Source of the DNA: Candidatus Latescibacterota bacterium
Lineage (GTDB): Bacteria; Latescibacterota; UBA2968; UBA8231
Reading direction: 5' to 3'
DNA: 23,747 nt
NCBI GenBank assembly: GCA_965205655.1
Contig: CBDBIJ010000140.1
Location: forward strand, 1-23,747
Position numbers and translations under genes: made by a program. Each line of letters opens with the position of its first letter. Position 1 is the first letter of the stretch. This document shows, piece after piece, positions 20,514 to 23,747 of this stretch. The notes below the pieces were generated by a model. The model was not told the DNA's origin. It worked only from the letters and a program-made list of their open reading frames with translations, and did not search any database.

Positions 20514-21563
20514 ATGGTCGATCCCCTCCTCGCTCTGGTCGTCGGCGGACTCCTGCTCGTGGGCGCGGGGCTTCTGCTGTGGCCGGGTCGCGGTTTTTTC
20601 TGGCGCTGGCGCGAGCTGCGACTCGTGAGTGCGCGCGTTCAGCTCGAGGACGCCCTCAAACACCTCTACAACTGTGAGTACGCCCGGCAGCTGGGCACCG
20701 TCGACAGTCTGTCGGGTGCGCTGCAGGTTTCCGGCAACCGCGCCGCCGAAGTGCTCGTCCAACTCGAGACCATGGGGCTTTCGCAGCGAGCCGCCGGCTC
20801 GCTGCGGCTCACTTCCGATGGGCGGGACTACGCGCTGCGTATCGTTCGCGTCCATCGGCTCTGGGAGCACTACCTCGCCGAGGAGACGGGTCTGGGTCAC
20901 GTCAGCTGGCACGACGAGGCCGAGCGACAGGAGCATCAGCTCACGTCGGATGAGGTCAACGAGCTCGATGAGCAGATGGGGCATCCGGTATACGACCCCC
21001 ACGGGGATCCTATCCCGAGCGCAGCTGGTGACATCGGCCCAAAGCAAGGCTTCCCGCTCACGAATCTCTTGGTGGCGCAGCTGGCAACGATCGCTCACAT
21101 CGAGGACGAACCGGAGGAGGTCTACGCCCGGCTGGTACGGGAAGGCCTCCACGTGGGCATGCGCATCGAGGTGCTGGAGGCGTCAGACGAGCTCATCCGC
21201 TTTCTCCTGGACGGAGATCAGCGCGATCTTCCACCCACTATAGCGGCCAACGTTTACGTCGTCTCCGTACCTGCCGAGCAGGGGATGGAAGGACCATTCG
21301 AAACGCTGTCGAGCTTGGCAGTAAACGAAAGCGGCCGGGTCATCCGAATCTCGCCCGCCTGTCGCGGTTTGGAGCGACGGCGACTGATGGATCTGGGCGT
21401 CATCCCAGGCACGGTCATCGGAGCGGAGATGAAAAGCCCCGTCGGCGACCCCACCGCCTACCGCATCCGCGGCGCCATGATTGCCCTTCGCAGAGAGCAG
21501 GCGGACCAGATCCACATCGCCAGAGTCATGGAGCTCGATTCAGGAGCTCCGATCGCCTCATGA
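20514..21563 (+). CDS. DtxR/MntR-family metalloregulator with an N-terminal TM helix and two FeoA domains
   Basis: Hydrophobic residues ~5-23, LEDALKHLY wHTH start, [17 protein letters not shown] and DPHGDPIP. FeoA-like [15 protein letters not shown] and [12 protein letters not shown]...[19 protein letters not shown]. Confidence 0.9.
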   Translation: MVDPLLALVVGGLLLVGAGLLLWPGRGFFWRWRELRLVSARVQLEDALKHLYNCEYARQLGTVDSLSGALQVSGNRAAEVLVQLETMGLSQRAAGSLRLTSDGRDYALRIVRVHRLWEHYLAEETGLGHVSWHDEAERQEHQLTSDEVNELDEQMGHPVYDPHGDPIPSAAGDIGPKQGFPLTNLLVAQLATIAHIEDEPEEVYARLVREGLHVGMRIEVLEASDELIRFLLDGDQRDLPPTIAANVYVVSVPAEQGMEGPFETLSSLAVNESGRVIRISPACRGLERRRLMDLGVIPGTVIGAEMKSPVGDPTAYRIRGAMIALRREQADQIHIARVMELDSGAPIAS

Positions 21564-22381
21564 GCTCTCCAACTGCCTGCAACACCTGTCCCGCCCACCA
21601 CGCCGGCAATCTCACCCGTCTCGGCGTCAACATGGCCAACTGGGACTACGTCGTCGCTCTGGCTGGTAATCCAAATACGGGAAAAAGCACCGTTTTCAAC
21701 GCCCTCACCGGTCTGCGTCAGCATACCGGCAACTGGCCCGGCAAGACGGTGGTTCGCGCCGAAGGTGGGTTCGCCTACCAGAACAACCGCTACAAGCTCG
21801 TCGATCTGCCCGGTACCTACTCTCTTCTCTCTACCAGCGCCGACGAGGAAGTGGCTCGCGATTTCATCCTCTTCGGCAGGCCCGACGTCACCGTCATCGT
21901 CGTCGACAGCACCAGACTGGAGCGCAACCTCAACCTAGCGCTGCAGGTGCTGGAGATCACCGACCGCGCCGTCGTCTGCCTCAATCTGCTGGACGAGGCC
22001 AAGCGCCACGGCATCGCCGTGGACGACCGCCGCCTCGCGCGCGATCTCGGTGTTCCGGTGGTGCCTGCTGCGGCGCGGCAAAACGAGGGCATTCCAGAGC
22101 TCATTCACGCCATCGGCGAGGTCGCCACCGGCCAGGTCGTGTGCAAGCCGCATCAAATTCACAGCGAGCCAGGGCCGCTGAAGCGCTCGCTCGACAAGCT
22201 CGCTACTCAAGTCGAGTCCGCCTTTCCCGGCCTCCCGAATGCGCGCTGGGTCGCCCTTCGCCTGCTCGAGGGGGACCGGCGCATCGCCAGCGCCGTGCGC
22301 TCCGGAGAGCTTGGTGACCTGAGCCAGTCCGCCGCAAACGAAATCGCTGACGAGTCCCTCGTCGGCGCGGAGGTGAGCTGA
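21560..22381 (+). CDS. feoB: FeoB N-terminal GTPase half, encoded as a stand-alone gene
   Basis: G1 [16 protein letters not shown]3 DLPG, G4 NLLD and [15 protein letters not shown] overlap with the regulator. N-terminal CNTCPAHH. Confidence 0.92.
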   Translation: MSSPTACNTCPAHHAGNLTRLGVNMANWDYVVALAGNPNTGKSTVFNALTGLRQHTGNWPGKTVVRAEGGFAYQNNRYKLVDLPGTYSLLSTSADEEVARDFILFGRPDVTVIVVDSTRLERNLNLALQVLEITDRAVVCLNLLDEAKRHGIAVDDRRLARDLGVPVVPAAARQNEGIPELIHAIGEVATGQVVCKPHQIHSEPGPLKRSLDKLATQVESAFPGLPNARWVALRLLEGDRRIASAVRSGELGDLSQSAANEIADESLVGAEVS

Positions 22382-23747
22382 TGGTGGAACAGACGCAGCC
22401 GGAAGCGCTTCTCGAAGCCGCCGACACCGTGCGATGGGAGGCCGGCACGAACTTTCACGACTCCCTCATGGAAACCATCTACTCCGATGCGGCTCGCATA
22501 GCGGACCGGTCCGTCACCCTCGCGGATTCCGGGCCGCGCTTCGACATGGATCGCACCATTGACCGGCTCGTCACCAGCCGCTGGCTCGGCTTCCCGGTCA
22601 TGTTCCTCATTCTCACCGCCGTCTTCTGGCTCACGATCGAGGGTGCGAACACCCCGTCGCGGATGCTGGCCGTACTCCTCGTGGACAACGGGCACCCCAT
22701 CCTCAAGAGTCTGGCGGCGACTATCGGTCTGCCCTGGTGGCTGGACGGGCTGCTCATCGACGGCATGTATCTGGCCATGGCGTGGGTCATCGCCGTCATG
22801 CTTCCGCCGATGGCCATCTTCTTCCCCATCTTCACGCTGCTGGAGGATTTCGGCTACCTGCCTCGCGTGGCCTTCAACCTGGACAACCTGTTCAAGAAGG
22901 CCGGTGCCCACGGCAAGCAGGCCCTAACTCTGGCCATGGGCTTCGGATGCAACGCCGCCGCCATCGTCGCCACGCGCGTTATCGACAGTCCGAGGGAGCG
23001 CCTCATCGCCATCATTACGAACAATTTCTCTCTGTGCAACGGACGCTGGCCGACGCAGATTCTCATCGCCACGATCTTTATCGGAGGCCTGGCTCCCACC
23101 TATCTGGCTGGGCTCGTGTCGGCAGCCGCCGTCGTGTCCGTGGCAGTGCTCGGCATTCTGCTGACCTTTGTCGTCTCCTGGGCACTGTCGAACACGATTC
23201 TGAAGGGCGAGGCCTCGGCCTTCAGCCTGGAGTTGCCGCCGTACCGGCCACCTCGCGTTCTCCAGACGATTTACACTTCCATGATCGACCGCACGCTCAT
23301 CGTCCTGTGGCGCGCCGTCGTCTTCGCCATACCTGCCGGCGCCCTCATCTGGCTCGTCTCCAACATTCACGTCGGCGAGCTCAGCATCGCCGAGCATTTC
23401 ATGGACAGCACGAATCCCTTCGGCATGCTCGTCGGGCTCAACGGCGTCATCCTGCTGGCCTACATCATCGCCATCCCGGCCAACGAAATCGTCATTCCGA
23501 CCATTCTCATGTTGACGGTGTTGAGTGCCAGAATCGCCGGCACGGGAGAAGGGGCGGGAGTGATGTTCGAGCTCGATTCCGAAGCGGCAACGGCGGAGGT
23601 CTTGAAGGCCGGCGGCTGGACCCTGCTGACGGCTGTGAACCTCATGCTCTTCAGCCTAGTTCACAATCCCTGCTCCACCACTCTGTACCACCATCTACAG
23701 GGAGACGAAGAGCGCCAAGTGGACGACAGTGTCGGCGCTGCTGCCGG
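22381..23747 (+). CDS. feoB: FeoB membrane (gate / nucleoside-recognition) half, separate gene, 3'-truncated; single-base frameshift near 23689
   Basis: Absent from the ORF track because it has no stop in the window. Hand translation: MVEQTQPE...[15 protein letters not shown]...MGFGCNAA...ELPPYRPP...IPANEIV...HNPCSTT. SD GGAGGTG at 22369-22375 and TGATG overlap. Confidence 0.92.
   Translation, partial: MVEQTQPEALLEAADTVRWEAGTNFHDSLMETIYSDAARIADRSVTLADSGPRFDMDRTIDRLVTSRWLGFPVMFLILTAVFWLTIEGANTPSRMLAVLLVDNGHPILKSLAATIGLPWWLDGLLIDGMYLAMAWVIAVMLPPMAIFFPIFTLLEDFGYLPRVAFNLDNLFKKAGAHGKQALTLAMGFGCNAAAIVATRVIDSPRERLIAIITNNFSLCNGRWPTQILIATIFIGGLAPTYLAGLVSAAAVVSVAVLGILLTFVVSWALSNTILKGEASAFSLELPPYRPPRVLQTIYTSMIDRTLIVLWRAVVFAIPAGALIWLVSNIHVGELSIAEHFMDSTNPFGMLVGLNGVILLAYIIAIPANEIVIPTILMLTVLSARIAGTGEGAGVMFELDSEAATAEVLKAGGWTLLTAVNLMLFSLVHNPCSTTLYHHLQGDEERQVDDSVGAAA

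Overview
GC-rich bacterial window with mostly housekeeping and accessory genes. Order: 5'-truncated repetitive coiled-coil protein; hybrid sensor kinase (one frameshift); acyl-CoA desaturase with a C-terminal 18-residue repeat tail; small Cys-rich ORF; membrane TPR gene split by an IS1380-family element; RraA-family protein; orphan beta-class DNA methyltransferase fused to an SNase-like domain (one frameshift); HDOD gene split by an IS30-family element; uronate-dehydrogenase-like SDR; ThuA-domain protein; DUF547, VOC and lipase maturation factor genes; damaged serine hydrolase; PhyH-family oxygenase with an HxG motif; and an unusual Feo operon. The best candidates for under-described biology are three. 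(1) The Feo operon: a DtxR/MntR regulator with an N-terminal membrane anchor, Mn-type ligands and two FeoA domains, followed by a naturally split FeoB, under a promoter with two candidate operators. (2) The desaturase with ten 18-residue amphipathic repeats. (3) The HxG oxygenase, a possible halogenase. Several single-base indels in unrelated genes look like sequencing or assembly errors. All family calls come from motifs recognised by eye; no searches were run. No rRNA, tRNA or CRISPR array was seen.
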